Part shown: piece by piece, positions 21,046 through 31,086 of the stretch | Layout: each line of letters begins with the position of its first letter | How positions within the stretch are numbered: position 1 is the stretch's first letter | Source: an uncultured Erysipelotrichia bacterium | GTDB taxonomy: Bacteria; Bacillota_I; Bacilli_A; CAYWJS01 | DNA length: 64,000 nucleotides | Direction: 5' to 3' | NCBI GenBank assembly: GCA_964458855.1 | Contig: CAYWJS010000001.1 | Location: 170,927-234,926 of the forward strand | Translations under genes and position numbers: made by a program | The notes under the pieces: generated by a model | What the model was told of the DNA's origin: nothing | What the model saw: only the letters and a program-made list of their open reading frames with translations | Databases searched by the model: none

Positions 21046-22351
21046 ACTAATGTATTTAGTAAAGGTGAGTTTAAGAAAAAAAATTAAAACAAAAGCATTT
21101 TTATTTTCAAATATCGTAATAGCAATTTTAGTAATTGGATTAATTAATTTTGATAACATTGTAAGTTTTTTTGGGGGAGAATTTGATAAGCCTACAACAA
21201 TATATGTTATAGATAATACGGAACGCTCATTTGAGCTTTTTGAAAATAATCTTAAAACAATTAATGAAACGACAGGTGAATTGAAAAAGCTTGAAATTAA
21301 GGCATATTCAAATACTTTGGAAGAAGCAATAGAAGATGTCAAGGAAAAAAATGCAATATTAGTGCTTATAAATCCGGATCCAGAGCTTTATATTACAGTC
21401 GAAGTTATATCAAATGAATATATTGATACAATTTTGTATCAAATTTTAGTTGGAGCAATTAATAATATAAAAATGACAATCGCAATGTTTGAAAACGATA
21501 TAGATGAGGAAACATACAAAAAAATTTATTCACCAGTAGACATTAAGCGAACAATATTAGATGAAGAAAAGGCAGCTGAAGATGAAAACTTAGAAGCAAT
21601 GATGGCAGGGGTACTTCCAATACTTATTCTTCCGGCGTTTACGCTGCTTGTAACTATGGTACAAACTCTTGGTATGGAAATTGCTGATGAAAAATCATCA
21701 CGAGGAATGGAAATTATTATTTCCAGTGTTTCACCACAAACGCATTTCTTTTCAAAAATTATTTCAGGTAATTTGTTTATTGTAACACAAGGATTGTTAC
21801 TTATTCTTTATGGAGGAGTAGGAATTTTGTCTAGAAAAATCTTTGGTAGCGTCGAAGGATTGATTCCGCCAGAAATTATTAATGAAATAACAAAGTTAAT
21901 CCCTCAATTATTTACTACCGAGTTTATTATTATAATTATTTTTGCGATAATTTTAATCTTACTTGCTTTCTTACTTTATTCTTTAATTGCAGCCATTGCT
22001 GCGGCAATGACAGTTAATGTAGAAGACTCTCAACAACTTCAAACGCCAATTACGATTCTTCTTTTGATGGGATTCTACAGTGCAATGTTTTCATGGATGT
22101 TTAAAGGTTCCCTTTTTATTAAAATTCTTTCTTATATTCCTTTTATCTCTCCGTTTTTAGTTCCCGTTTTAGCAATAATGAATCAAATTACCATTGTTGA
22201 TATTTTAATTTCACTTGGTGTGTTAGTTGGAACGATTGCTTTAATAATGTATTTTGGTATGGGAATATATAAAACAGCAATTCTTAATTATTCAAATACT
22301 AAGATTTGGGATCGAGCAATTAGTATTATAAAAAATCGAAAAAATGCATAA
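21035..22351 (+). CDS. ABC-2 family permease (NatB-like)
   Basis: N-terminal TM, a large extracytoplasmic loop, then 5 C-terminal TMs. ATG 21035 follows AGGTG and overlaps the ATPase gene end. Confidence 0.75.
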   Translation: MKNKLMYLVKVSLRKKIKTKAFLFSNIVIAILVIGLINFDNIVSFFGGEFDKPTTIYVIDNTERSFELFENNLKTINETTGELKKLEIKAYSNTLEEAIEDVKEKNAILVLINPDPELYITVEVISNEYIDTILYQILVGAINNIKMTIAMFENDIDEETYKKIYSPVDIKRTILDEEKAAEDENLEAMMAGVLPILILPAFTLLVTMVQTLGMEIADEKSSRGMEIIISSVSPQTHFFSKIISGNLFIVTQGLLLILYGGVGILSRKIFGSVEGLIPPEIINEITKLIPQLFTTEFIIIIIFAIILILLAFLLYSLIAAIAAAMTVNVEDSQQLQTPITILLLMGFYSAMFSWMFKGSLFIKILSYIPFISPFLVPVLAIMNQITIVDILISLGVLVGTIALIMYFGMGIYKTAILNYSNTKIWDRAISIIKNRKNA

Positions 22352-22355
22352 TAAG

Positions 22356-22376
22356 AAAAAGGATTAAATCCTTTTT
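22356..22376 (+). terminator. Weak terminator after the ABC permease gene
   Basis: aaaaaGGA-ttaaa-TCCttttt. Confidence 0.45.
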
Positions 22377-22396
22377 CACTTTTATTGGAGGTAACT

Positions 22397-23140
22397 ATGG
22401 AATATATATATGGGAAAAATAGCGTTCTCGAACTTTTAAATACAGATTGGCAAATATATGAAATAATGGTCAGTCGCACTTTGGAAGATAAAAAACTTAT
22501 AGATTTTCTTAAAAGCAAGAAAGTAAAACTAACTTTTTGTGATAAAAAAGAATTAGATGATTTAGTTTCTGGAAATCATCAAGGGATTGTTGCAAAAGTT
22601 GAAGATTTTAAATATGTAAGTTTAGAGGAAATTTTAGAAAATAAAAAAGGGATTTATAATTTTATTGTAATTTTAGATCATATTGAAGATCCTCATAATT
22701 TGGGGGCAATATTAAGAACTGTTGAAGCTGTGGGAGCTGATGGAGTAATTATTCCGAAAGATCGGAGTGTAAAAGTTAATCCAACTGTTTTAAAGACAAG
22801 TGTTGGTGCTGCCTTACATGTTCCGATTTGTATTGTTAGTAATTTAAATGATACTATTCATAAATTAAAAAAAGTTGGAATTTGGATTGTTGGAACAAGT
22901 GCTAAAGAAACTAGCGTTCATTACCAAAGTATTGATTATAAAATGAATTTAGCAGTAGTAATTGGTAATGAAGGAAAGGGATTGAGTGATTTAGTTAGAA
23001 AAAAATGTGATTTTTTAATAAAAATACCAATGAAAGGAAAAATTAATAGTTTAAATGCTTCGGTTGCAACAGGGGTTATTCTTTATGAAGTATTAAGACA
23101 AAGGGAAACACAAGGTGGTGGTAATAATCAAAAGCTATGA
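22397..23140 (+). CDS. rlmB: 23S rRNA (guanosine-2'-O)-methyltransferase RlmB (SpoU/TrmH family)
   Basis: Motifs DPHNLGAILRT, GNEGKGLS and SLNASVA. ATG 22397 follows GGAGGT. Confidence 0.85.
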   Translation: MEYIYGKNSVLELLNTDWQIYEIMVSRTLEDKKLIDFLKSKKVKLTFCDKKELDDLVSGNHQGIVAKVEDFKYVSLEEILENKKGIYNFIVILDHIEDPHNLGAILRTVEAVGADGVIIPKDRSVKVNPTVLKTSVGAALHVPICIVSNLNDTIHKLKKVGIWIVGTSAKETSVHYQSIDYKMNLAVVIGNEGKGLSDLVRKKCDFLIKIPMKGKINSLNASVATGVILYEVLRQRETQGGGNNQKL

Positions 23141-23744
23141 AAGTTTAAATGATTATGAACTGCTAGATTTAATTCAAGAAAAAAACGAAGATGCCGAACG
23201 TATTCTTTATGAAAAATATCGAAAAGTAATTGAATTAAAAGTAAAAAAAAATTTAAAGTTATTAAATCCACCAGGATTAGAATTTAATGATTTGGTACAA
23301 GAAGGAATGATTGGTTTAAGTCAGGCAATAAACGATTATAAAGACCACAAAAATGTTAGGTTTTCAACTTTTGCTAATCTTTGTATTGAGCGTGAAATCC
23401 TTACGGCAATAACTAGCTTAAACCGAAAAAAACATAAAATTCTTAATGAGTCATTATCACTTGATAGTAATTTTGCAGATGGTGATAATTCTTATTTGGA
23501 ATTAATTGCTGATAAAAAAAGTAAAAATCCTGAAAAGTTAATTCTTGATGAGGAAAGAATGACGGAATTTAAGAAAAATGCAAGAAAAATTTTAACAAGG
23601 ACAGAATATATGGTTTTTTGCTTAAAGATTGAAGGATTTGATTATAAAAAGATTGCTAAAATACTTGGAAAAACTCCTAAGTCAGTTGATAATACATTGC
23701 AAAGAATTAAAAGAAAGCTAAAAAATATTAAGATTACTAGTTAA
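23115..23744 (+). CDS. sigH: Sigma-70 family factor, SigH-like
   Basis: VQEGMIGLSQAINDYK....FSTFANLCIEREILTAI resembles Bacillus SigH region 2. The position between rlmB and secE matches. The exact start is uncertain. Confidence 0.75.
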   Translation: MVVIIKSYESLNDYELLDLIQEKNEDAERILYEKYRKVIELKVKKNLKLLNPPGLEFNDLVQEGMIGLSQAINDYKDHKNVRFSTFANLCIEREILTAITSLNRKKHKILNESLSLDSNFADGDNSYLELIADKKSKNPEKLILDEERMTEFKKNARKILTRTEYMVFCLKIEGFDYKKIAKILGKTPKSVDNTLQRIKRKLKNIKITS

Positions 23745-23941
23745 TTGACTTTAAAAATCATTTGTGGTAGTATTTTAGTAGTTTTTTGGGTTGAAAATTA
23801 TGAAAAAGAAAAGTAATAATTTTGGCTTAATATTAATATTTTTATTGTATTTAGTTTATGAATTTTTCCGGGGGCTTTATAAATTAAGTGAATATTATTC
23901 AAAAAAATAACATATTTAATTTAACCTAAGAAGGTGAAAAG

Positions 23942-24121
23942 ATGAAAAAATTAAAAGATTTTTTTGCTGGTGTTGCCTCAGAAATGAAAAAGGTGCGCTG
24001 GCTTAAAGGAAAAGAAATAATAGATTATACAAGGATAACACTAATATTTTTACTTTTCTTTGGAACATTTTTTTATTTGTCAAATATAGTGTTTGCTTTT
24101 GTTCAATCTTTATTTAAGTAA
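23942..24121 (+). CDS. secE: Preprotein translocase subunit SecE (59 aa, below the ORF-track cutoff)
   Basis: MKKLKDFFAGVASEMKKVRWLKGKEIIDYT plus one TM. AAGGTG RBS. It lies directly upstream of nusG. Confidence 0.8.
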   Translation: MKKLKDFFAGVASEMKKVRWLKGKEIIDYTRITLIFLLFFGTFFYLSNIVFAFVQSLFK

Positions 24122-24138
24122 TACCGGGGGGCATTGTA

Positions 24139-24678
24139 ATGGAAAAAAAGTGGTATGTAGTAAATACTTATTCTGGTCATGAAAATAAGGTAAAACAAAA
24201 TATTGAAATGCGAATTGAATCAATGGAAATGCAAGATTATATTTTTCGAGTAGTTGTGCCTGAGCATGTGGAAAAAGAAATTAAAGATGGACAAATGAAA
24301 GAAAAAGTTAAGAAGACTTTCCCTGGTTATGTTTTGGTGGAAATGATTATGACAGATGAAGCTTGGTTTGTTGTTCGTAATACTCCGGGTGTAACAGGAT
24401 TTATTGGTTCAAGTGGAAAGGGAGCTAAACCAATACCTTTACAACCACAAGAAGTAGATGCGATCTTAGGCAAAATGGGAATGCAGCGAATTGAAGTTGA
24501 TTTGGATCTTGCTGTTGATGATCAAGTTCGCATTATTTCTGGGCCATTTGAAGGTATGTTTGGAAAAGTACAAGAAATTAATAAAGAAAAACAAACTTTA
24601 ACTTTATTAATAGATTTATTTGGACAGGAAACACCTGTTGATGTAGGCTTTAACGAAATAGAAAAGGTGGTTGCTTAA
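24139..24678 (+). CDS. nusG: Transcription termination/antitermination factor NusG
   Basis: KWYVVNTYSGHENKV NGN domain plus a KOW motif. Confidence 0.95.
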   Translation: MEKKWYVVNTYSGHENKVKQNIEMRIESMEMQDYIFRVVVPEHVEKEIKDGQMKEKVKKTFPGYVLVEMIMTDEAWFVVRNTPGVTGFIGSSGKGAKPIPLQPQEVDAILGKMGMQRIEVDLDLAVDDQVRIISGPFEGMFGKVQEINKEKQTLTLLIDLFGQETPVDVGFNEIEKVVA

Positions 24679-24705
24679 CCTTTTTTATTTTTTACAATAA
24701 ACAAC

Positions 24706-24734
24706 TTGATTTTAATATTTAAAAGTGATATTAT
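24706..24734 (+). promoter_or_regulatory. Extended -10 promoter of the rplK-rplA operon
   Basis: TTGATT, 17-nt spacer ending in TGa, then TATTAT. Confidence 0.45.
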
Positions 24735-24763
24735 CTAAAAGCGACTATAATTGATTATGCAAG

Positions 24764-24795
24764 CGTGGGAGACTACAAGTCACAAACCACACACG
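24764..24795 (+). promoter_or_regulatory. Possible L1-binding leader element upstream of rplK
   Basis: CGTGGGAGAC-tacaa-GTC...CCACACACG: a helix-closed GGGAG motif with an inner GAC/GTC hairpin. Confidence 0.3.
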
Positions 24796-24819
24796 TAAGC
24801 AAATAAGGAGGTGTCTTTC

Positions 24820-25347
24820 GTGGCAAATGTATTGAAGAAAGTAAAAATAGAGATTGAGGCTGGTAAAGCAACACCTGCACCACCAGTGGGGACAATTTTA
24901 GGACCGCTTGGGATTAATATGCAGGAATTTTGTACTAAATATAATGATGCAACTAGAGACAAAATGGGTGATATATTACCTGTTGAAATAACAGTTTATG
25001 AAGATCGTAGTTTTTCTTTTGTAATAAAAACACCACCAGCAACTTTCTTGATTAAAAAGTATGCTAAAATTTCTAAAGCATCAGCAAAAGGTCGTCATGA
25101 GACAGTAGCAACCTTAACTAAAGATCAAGTAAGAGAAATTGCAGAAATAAAAATGCCTGATTTGAATGCTAATGATATTGAAGCAGCAATGAGAATTATT
25201 GCTGGAACTGCATATAATATGGGTGTTAAGGTTGAAGGAATGCATGATGTTGAAGAAATGGTAAAAGAGGTTAAAGAAGAGCCTGAAATAGAGGCACAAG
25301 AAGAATTAAAAGTTGAAGAAAAACAACCAGAAACAGAAGAAAACTAA
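24820..25347 (+). CDS. rplK: 50S ribosomal protein L11 with an acidic C-terminal extension
   Basis: GTG 24820 follows AAGGAGG and gives [24 protein letters not shown]. About 35 extra acidic residues follow the L11 core. Confidence 0.9.
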   Translation: MANVLKKVKIEIEAGKATPAPPVGTILGPLGINMQEFCTKYNDATRDKMGDILPVEITVYEDRSFSFVIKTPPATFLIKKYAKISKASAKGRHETVATLTKDQVREIAEIKMPDLNANDIEAAMRIIAGTAYNMGVKVEGMHDVEEMVKEVKEEPEIEAQEELKVEEKQPETEEN

Positions 25348-25358
25348 TATAAAGGTTT

Positions 25359-25390
25359 CCGTGTGGGAGGAAAAACCGAATATACCACAT
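25359..25390 (+). promoter_or_regulatory. Second GGGAG-containing helix upstream of rplA (possible L1 autoregulatory site)
   Basis: GTGTGGGAGG...CCACAT lies immediately before the rplA RBS. Confidence 0.3.
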
Positions 25391-25403
25391 AAGGAGGAAA
25401 AAA

Positions 25404-26096
25404 ATGAGAAAACGTGGAAAAAAATATATTGAAGCAAAAAATAAAGTTGAAAAAGGCAAATTATATTCAATAGAAGAAGCTGTAAAGTTAGCAAAAGATT
25501 TATCACAAGCAAAGTTTGATGAAACAGTTGAAGTTGTATTCCGCTTAGGTTTAGATACAACACAATCAGACCAACAACTAAGAGGAGCTGTAGTTTTACC
25601 AAATGGAACAGGAAAAACACAAAAAGTATTAGTAATTGCTGCGGGTGATGCAGCAAAAGCTGCAGAGGCAGCCGGTGCTGATTATGTAGGTGTAGATGAA
25701 TATCTTGAAAAAATAGAAAAAGAAAATTGGTTTGATTTTGATGTGGTTGTAACTACGCCTGATTTAATGGCAAAGGTAGGAAAATTAGGTAAAATACTTG
25801 GGCCAAAAGGATTGATGCCAAACCCAAAAACAGGAACTGTAACTACAGATATGAAAAAGGCTGTTAGTGATATTAAAGCTGGTAAGATTCAATACCGAAC
25901 AGATAAAGATGGTAATGTTCATGTTCCTGTTGGAAAAGTATCATTTACTGAAGAGGCATTAATCGAAAACATAAGAACAATTTATGAGACATTGTTACGT
26001 GCTAAACCGGCTTCTGCAAAAGGAATTTATATGAAAAATATGAGTATTTCCACAACAATGGGTCCTGGTATTAAAGTAGATATTGCATTACTTTAA
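25404..26096 (+). CDS. rplA: 50S ribosomal protein L1
   Basis: Full-length L1 similarity. Confidence 0.95.
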   Translation: MRKRGKKYIEAKNKVEKGKLYSIEEAVKLAKDLSQAKFDETVEVVFRLGLDTTQSDQQLRGAVVLPNGTGKTQKVLVIAAGDAAKAAEAAGADYVGVDEYLEKIEKENWFDFDVVVTTPDLMAKVGKLGKILGPKGLMPNPKTGTVTTDMKKAVSDIKAGKIQYRTDKDGNVHVPVGKVSFTEEALIENIRTIYETLLRAKPASAKGIYMKNMSISTTMGPGIKVDIALL

Positions 26097-26104
26097 AATA
26101 GGAC

Positions 26105-26132
26105 TTGCATAAATTTTTAAAAACATTATAAT
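26105..26132 (+). promoter_or_regulatory. Promoter of the rplJ-rplL operon
   Basis: TTGCAT, 16-nt spacer, TATAAT. Confidence 0.5.
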
Positions 26133-26139
26133 AATATGT

Positions 26140-26270
26140 GTTAATACCGTAGACAGTAGGGGCGAAATGCTTAATAATCCTACCGAGGTGTAAGTAATAT
26201 GAAAGCTTTAACTCCTTGCATGTCTATGTGTAAGGAGTTTTTTGTTAGTCGTGCGGTATATATTTAAATC
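26140..26270 (+). promoter_or_regulatory. Ribosomal protein L10 leader (autoregulatory attenuator)
   Basis: Long structured 5' UTR with ATACCG...CGGTAT and GTAGG...CCTAC pairings plus an internal terminator. This is the typical Firmicute rplJ leader layout. Confidence 0.6.
26210..26243 (+). terminator. Attenuator terminator inside the L10 leader
   Basis: AACTCCTT-14 nt-AAGGAGTT followed by tttt. Confidence 0.6.
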
Positions 26271-26286
26271 TAAGGAGGTGTGTTGT

Positions 26287-26817
26287 TTGGCTAGCCCAAA
26301 AATTTTAGAAGAAAAGAAAAAGAAAGTAAAAGAAATAGCAGAATCACTAAAAGATGCTAAATCATTAATTTTTGTAGATTATCGCGGTTTAACTGTTAGC
26401 GAAGTTACAGAACTTAGGGCGAAACTTACAGAAGCTGGAGTTAATTATAAAGTCTATAAAAATACACTTACTAAATTAGCATTAAAAGAGTGTGGCTATG
26501 AAATGCTAGAAGAATATCTTGTGGGACCAAATGCGATTGCAATTAGTGATGATAGCATAATACCAGCAAAAATATTATATCAATTCGCTAAAGAACATGA
26601 GGCTTTAAAAATTAAAGTAGGTCTTATTGATGGTGAACTTTATGATGTAGCAAAGATTAAATCACTTGCAGAACTTCCAACTAAAGATGAGTTGTTAATA
26701 ATGCTGGCACAAGGTATGTTACAAGTAGTTAGAAATTTAGGATTAGCGTTAAACATGTTAGCTGAGAAAAAAGAAGAAGGAGCTACTGAACAAAAAATAG
26801 AAGGGGGAAATGAATAA
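26287..26817 (+). CDS. rplJ: 50S ribosomal protein L10
   Basis: TTG 26287 lies 8 nt after AAGGAGG (track start 26242 lies inside the leader). L10 similarity throughout. Confidence 0.85.
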   Translation: MASPKILEEKKKKVKEIAESLKDAKSLIFVDYRGLTVSEVTELRAKLTEAGVNYKVYKNTLTKLALKECGYEMLEEYLVGPNAIAISDDSIIPAKILYQFAKEHEALKIKVGLIDGELYDVAKIKSLAELPTKDELLIMLAQGMLQVVRNLGLALNMLAEKKEEGATEQKIEGGNE

Positions 26818-27191
26818 TGGCAAAGTTAACAAAAGAAGAATTTATTAATGCGTTAAAAGAAATGACAGTTTTTGAAGTAAAAGAATTAGTTGATGCAATG
26901 CAAGAAGAATTTGGATTTGACTTAACGCAAGTTGCAGTAGCAGCTCCACAAGCGCAAGGAGTAGGAGCTTCAGCAGAAGAAAGTGGAATAGTTAATGTTG
27001 CTTTAAAAGAAGTAGGACAAAACAAAATTGCAGTTATTAAAGTTGTTCGCGAAGCAACAGGATTAGGTCTAAAAGAAGCAAAAGATATTGTTGATGCGTG
27101 TGGAGTTGTAAAAGAAAAAGTAGATCGCGCTGCTGCTGAAGAGTTAAAAGCAAAACTTGAAGAAGCTGGCGCAACTGTAGAACTTCAATAA
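26817..27191 (+). CDS. rplL: 50S ribosomal protein L7/L12
   Basis: Typical Ala-rich hinge and C-terminal domain. Confidence 0.95.
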   Translation: MAKLTKEEFINALKEMTVFEVKELVDAMQEEFGFDLTQVAVAAPQAQGVGASAEESGIVNVALKEVGQNKIAVIKVVREATGLGLKEAKDIVDACGVVKEKVDRAAAEELKAKLEEAGATVELQ

Positions 27192-27194
27192 TTT

Positions 27195-27231
27195 AAAACT
27201 TCATATCATCTATACGATATGAAGTTTTTTT
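27195..27231 (+). terminator. Intrinsic terminator after rplL
   Basis: AAAACTTCATATC-8 nt-GATATGAAGTTTT followed by ttt. Confidence 0.8.
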
Positions 27232-27348
27232 CATATTTCTTTCATTGACTTATTCATGAAATTTTGTTATTATTATAGAATGTTGGAGTATCTTTTCTAA
27301 AAAGTTGTGCTAAAATTAAATATAAATTTCTTTTTAGGGGTGAAAAAT

Positions 27349-30300
27349 GTGTCGAAAAGGGTAACAAAGTATGGAGCTTATGCTGAACGAATTGATTTTT
27401 CACGGATTAAATCAAGTTTTGAATTACCAGATTTAACCGAGGTTCAGACAAGCTCCTTTAAATGGTTTATTACAGAAGGAATAAAGGAAGTTTTTGAAGA
27501 TATTTCACCAATTGAAAACTTTACTGGAACTTTATCTTTAGAGTTTGGAGATTTTAGTTTTGGTGAACCAAATTATCCAGTTCAAGAATGTAAAGATCGA
27601 GAAGTAACTTATATTCGGCCATTAAAAGTATGGGTGCGCTTGTTTAATAATGAAACAGGTGAAGTAAAAGAGCAAGAAGTATTTATGGGAGATATTCCAT
27701 GGATGACAGAACATGGATCTTTTATCATTAATGGGGCAGAAAGAGTCGTTGTTTCACAACTTGTTAGATCACCAAGTGTTTATTTAGGGTTAGAAGTTGA
27801 TAAAAATGGAAGAAAGGTTATTACTTCAAGCGTAATTCCTAATCGTGGAACATGGTTAGAATTTGAGATAGATGCAAAAGATATTATTTATGTTCGAATT
27901 GACAGAAATAGGAAAATTCCTGCTACAGTTTTATTGCGTGCGCTTGGTCTTTCAAATAATGAGGATATTTTGGAACTTTTTGGTGATCATGAAAACCTAA
28001 AATTAACTTTAGAAAAAGATCCAATTACTAATTCAGATGAAGCATTAGTTGAAATTTATGAAAAGTTGCGTCCTGGAGAACCTGCTACTATTGAAAGTTC
28101 AAAAAACTTAATGGTAACAAGATTTTTTGATGAAATAAGATATGATTTATCACATGTTGGACGTTATAAATTTAATAAAAAATTAAATGTTTTAGAGCGA
28201 GTTTTAAACCATACTTTAGCAAGCGATATTAAGTTAGAGAAAAAGACTCTAGCTGTAAAAGGTGATACAGTTACAAAAAGTTTAATAGAAAAACTTACAC
28301 CTTATATTGACCGCAAAGTTTTAGCAACTGATCTTGAAATAAAAGGAAAACTTATTGCACCAAAAGAATCTATTCTTACAAAAGAGATTGTTAATAAATT
28401 AAAATCTTCAGTAGATAAAGAATTTACAAAAGATTTTATATTTAAAGAAGAAGTTTTAGTTAAGAAAAACACAGTTATGACAAATGAAATAATTGAAAGT
28501 TTACCTAGTTATTTTGCTAGTGATTTTGGTGTGGATGCAAAATATAATGAGGATTTAGATACTTATAACCGAGTTCAAATAATAGATATTTACTCACCAA
28601 CGGATAAAAAGAAAGTTATTAGAGTAATTGGGAATGATCAAACTTTAGATATTAGAAGAATAACTATTTCAGATATTTATGCAACTTTTAGTTATTATTT
28701 AAATATTTTAGAAGGAATTGGAATTATTGATGAAATTGATCATCTTGGAAATCGTAGAGTTAGACAAGTTGGGGAATTAATTCAAAATCAATTTAGAATA
28801 GGTCTTTCAAGAGTGGCACGAGCAATTAAAGATAAAATGTCAACACAAGATATTGAAAGTGTAACACCAAAAACTTTAATTAATGTTCGGCCAATCATTG
28901 GAATAATGAATGAATTTTTTGGAAGTAGCCAATTATCACAATTTATGGATCAAACTAACCCTTTATCGGCACTTACAAATAAACGTAGGCTTTCAGCTTT
29001 AGGTCCTGGGGGGCTTACAAGAGATCGAGCTGGTTTTGAAGTTCGTGACGTTCATTATTCACACTATGGTAGAATTTGTCCAATTGAAACTCCTGAAGGA
29101 CCAAACATTGGATTAATTACATCACTTGCAACTTATGCTAAAGTAAGTGAATATGGATTTATTAAAACTCCATATAAAAAGGTTGTAAAAGGTAAAATTA
29201 TTGATGAAGTAGAATATTTAACGGCTGATACAGAAGAAAATTTTGTTATTGCGGAAGCAAATGTTAATTCAGATGAAGAAGGTAAAATTTTAGATAAAAC
29301 TGTTTCTGCCAGATATCGCGGAGAAACTATTTTGGTAAAACCAAAAGAAGTAGATTATATTGATGTTTCACCAAAGCAAATTGTATCTGTTGCAACAAGT
29401 TGTATTCCGTTTTTGGAACATGATGATGCAAACCGAGCATTAATGGGAGCAAACATGCAACGACAAGCATTACCACTAATTCGTCCGCATTCTCCAATTG
29501 TTGGAACTGGTATGGAATATATGGCAGCTCGTTATAGTGGAAGTGCTGTTATTGCTGAAGAAGATGGTGTTGTTGAGTATGTTGATGCTAGAAAAATAGT
29601 TGTTAATACAAAGAAAGGAAAACAAACATATAATCTTATCAATTTTGCGCGTAGTAATCAAGCAACATACATCACACAAAGACCACTTGTTAAAGTTGGA
29701 GAGAAAATTAAAAAAGGTAATATAATTGCTGATGGACCAGCGATGGAAAAGGGAGAGCTTGCTCTTGGTCAAAATGTGTTAGTAGCATTTACAACTTGGC
29801 ATGGATATAATTTTGAGGATGCTATTGTTATTAATGAAAAATTAGTAATGGATGATGTTTATACATCAATTCATATTGAAAAATATGAAATTTCAGCTCG
29901 TGATACAAAACTTGGACCTGAGGAAATTACAAGAGATATTCCAAATGTTGGTGATGAAGCACGGAAAAACTTAGATTCAACAGGAATTATTCGTATTGGT
30001 TCAGAGGTAAGATCTGGTGATATCTTAGTTGGTAAAGTAACCCCAAAAGGAGTTACAGAACTTTCAAGTGAAGAAAAATTACTGCACGCAATTTTTGGAG
30101 AAAAAACACGTGAAGTTCGTGACACATCACTTTGTGTTCCGCATGGTGGAGATGGTATTGTTCATGATGTAAAAGTATATTCGCGGAAAAATGGGGATGA
30201 ACTACCAGCTGGTGTGAACATGCAAGTTCAAGTATTTATTGCTCAAAAACGAAAAATTGGTGTAGGAGATAAGATGGCAGGGCGTCACGGGAATAAAGGT

Positions 30301-31071
30301 GTTATTTCAGTTGTTTTACCAGAAGAAGATATGCCATTTTTAGCAGATGGTACACCAGTTGATATTTGTTTAAACCCTCAAGGAGTTCCAAGCCGGATGA
30401 ATATAGGGCAAGTATTAGAGTTGCACCTAGGTATGGCTGGCCGAAAATTAGGTGTTAAGTTTGCAAGCCCTGTATTTGATGGCGCAGAACCAAAAGAAGT
30501 TTTTGAACTTTTAGAAAAAGCAGGAATTGATAAAGATGGTAAAACTGTTCTTTATGATGGACTAACTGGAAAACCATTTGAAAACAGAATTGCTGTTGGT
30601 GTTATGTATATGCTGAAACTTGTTCACATGGTTGATGATAAGATTCATGCTCGTTCAACGGGAAATTATGCCCTAGTTACACAACAACCTCTTGGTGGTA
30701 AAGCTCAATTTGGTGGACAACGTTTTGGTGAGATGGAAGTTTGGGCTCTTGAGGCCTATGGTGTAGCACATACATTGCAAGAATTATTAACATTAAAATC
30801 TGATGATGTTATTGGTCGTGTTAAGTTATTTGAGGCATTAGTTCGTGGTAAAGAACTAAATCGTCCAGGTGTTCCTGAATCATTTAGAGTGTTAATCAAA
30901 GAACTTCAAGCATTAGCACTTGATGTAAATCTATATACTGAAGATGGAAAAGTAGATTTCAAAAAGGTTGAAGAAATGGAGCATGCTGAAGAAGACAATT
31001 TTGAAACAGAAGATATAGATATTGTAAACATTGATGAGTTACAAGATGTAGAAGAAAATGAAGAAAATTAA
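27349..31071 (+). CDS. rpoB: DNA-directed RNA polymerase beta subunit
   Basis: GTG 27349 follows AGGGGTG (track start 27307). Conserved beta motifs throughout. It carries a lineage-specific repeat insertion (about nt 28160-28640) and an acidic tail. Confidence 0.95.
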   Translation: MSKRVTKYGAYAERIDFSRIKSSFELPDLTEVQTSSFKWFITEGIKEVFEDISPIENFTGTLSLEFGDFSFGEPNYPVQECKDREVTYIRPLKVWVRLFNNETGEVKEQEVFMGDIPWMTEHGSFIINGAERVVVSQLVRSPSVYLGLEVDKNGRKVITSSVIPNRGTWLEFEIDAKDIIYVRIDRNRKIPATVLLRALGLSNNEDILELFGDHENLKLTLEKDPITNSDEALVEIYEKLRPGEPATIESSKNLMVTRFFDEIRYDLSHVGRYKFNKKLNVLERVLNHTLASDIKLEKKTLAVKGDTVTKSLIEKLTPYIDRKVLATDLEIKGKLIAPKESILTKEIVNKLKSSVDKEFTKDFIFKEEVLVKKNTVMTNEIIESLPSYFASDFGVDAKYNEDLDTYNRVQIIDIYSPTDKKKVIRVIGNDQTLDIRRITISDIYATFSYYLNILEGIGIIDEIDHLGNRRVRQVGELIQNQFRIGLSRVARAIKDKMSTQDIESVTPKTLINVRPIIGIMNEFFGSSQLSQFMDQTNPLSALTNKRRLSALGPGGLTRDRAGFEVRDVHYSHYGRICPIETPEGPNIGLITSLATYAKVSEYGFIKTPYKKVVKGKIIDEVEYLTADTEENFVIAEANVNSDEEGKILDKTVSARYRGETILVKPKEVDYIDVSPKQIVSVATSCIPFLEHDDANRALMGANMQRQALPLIRPHSPIVGTGMEYMAARYSGSAVIAEEDGVVEYVDARKIVVNTKKGKQTYNLINFARSNQATYITQRPLVKVGEKIKKGNIIADGPAMEKGELALGQNVLVAFTTWHGYNFEDAIVINEKLVMDDVYTSIHIEKYEISARDTKLGPEEITRDIPNVGDEARKNLDSTGIIRIGSEVRSGDILVGKVTPKGVTELSSEEKLLHAIFGEKTREVRDTSLCVPHGGDGIVHDVKVYSRKNGDELPAGVNMQVQVFIAQKRKIGVGDKMAGRHGNKGVISVVLPEEDMPFLADGTPVDICLNPQGVPSRMNIGQVLELHLGMAGRKLGVKFASPVFDGAEPKEVFELLEKAGIDKDGKTVLYDGLTGKPFENRIAVGVMYMLKLVHMVDDKIHARSTGNYALVTQQPLGGKAQFGGQRFGEMEVWALEAYGVAHTLQELLTLKSDDVIGRVKLFEALVRGKELNRPGVPESFRVLIKELQALALDVNLYTEDGKVDFKKVEEMEHAEEDNFETEDIDIVNIDELQDVEENEEN

Positions 31072-31086
31072 AAAGGGGGTTACTTA

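Noticed and set aside
23800-23910. 36-codon TM ORF between sigH and secE as a real gene
   Set aside because: It has a weak RBS, is very short and cannot be checked for conservation here. I kept it only as a note in the findings.
25114-25656. Minus-strand ORFs overlapping rplK/rplA (25114..25299, 25271..25459, 25306..25656), plus similar antisense ORFs inside ftsH, dusB, nrdJ, clpC, tlyA, dxs, cysS, rpoB, rpsL, tuf, htrA, L7 and the ABC genes
   Set aside because: All of them lie fully inside strongly conserved genes on the opposite strand, lack RBSs and have low-complexity translations.
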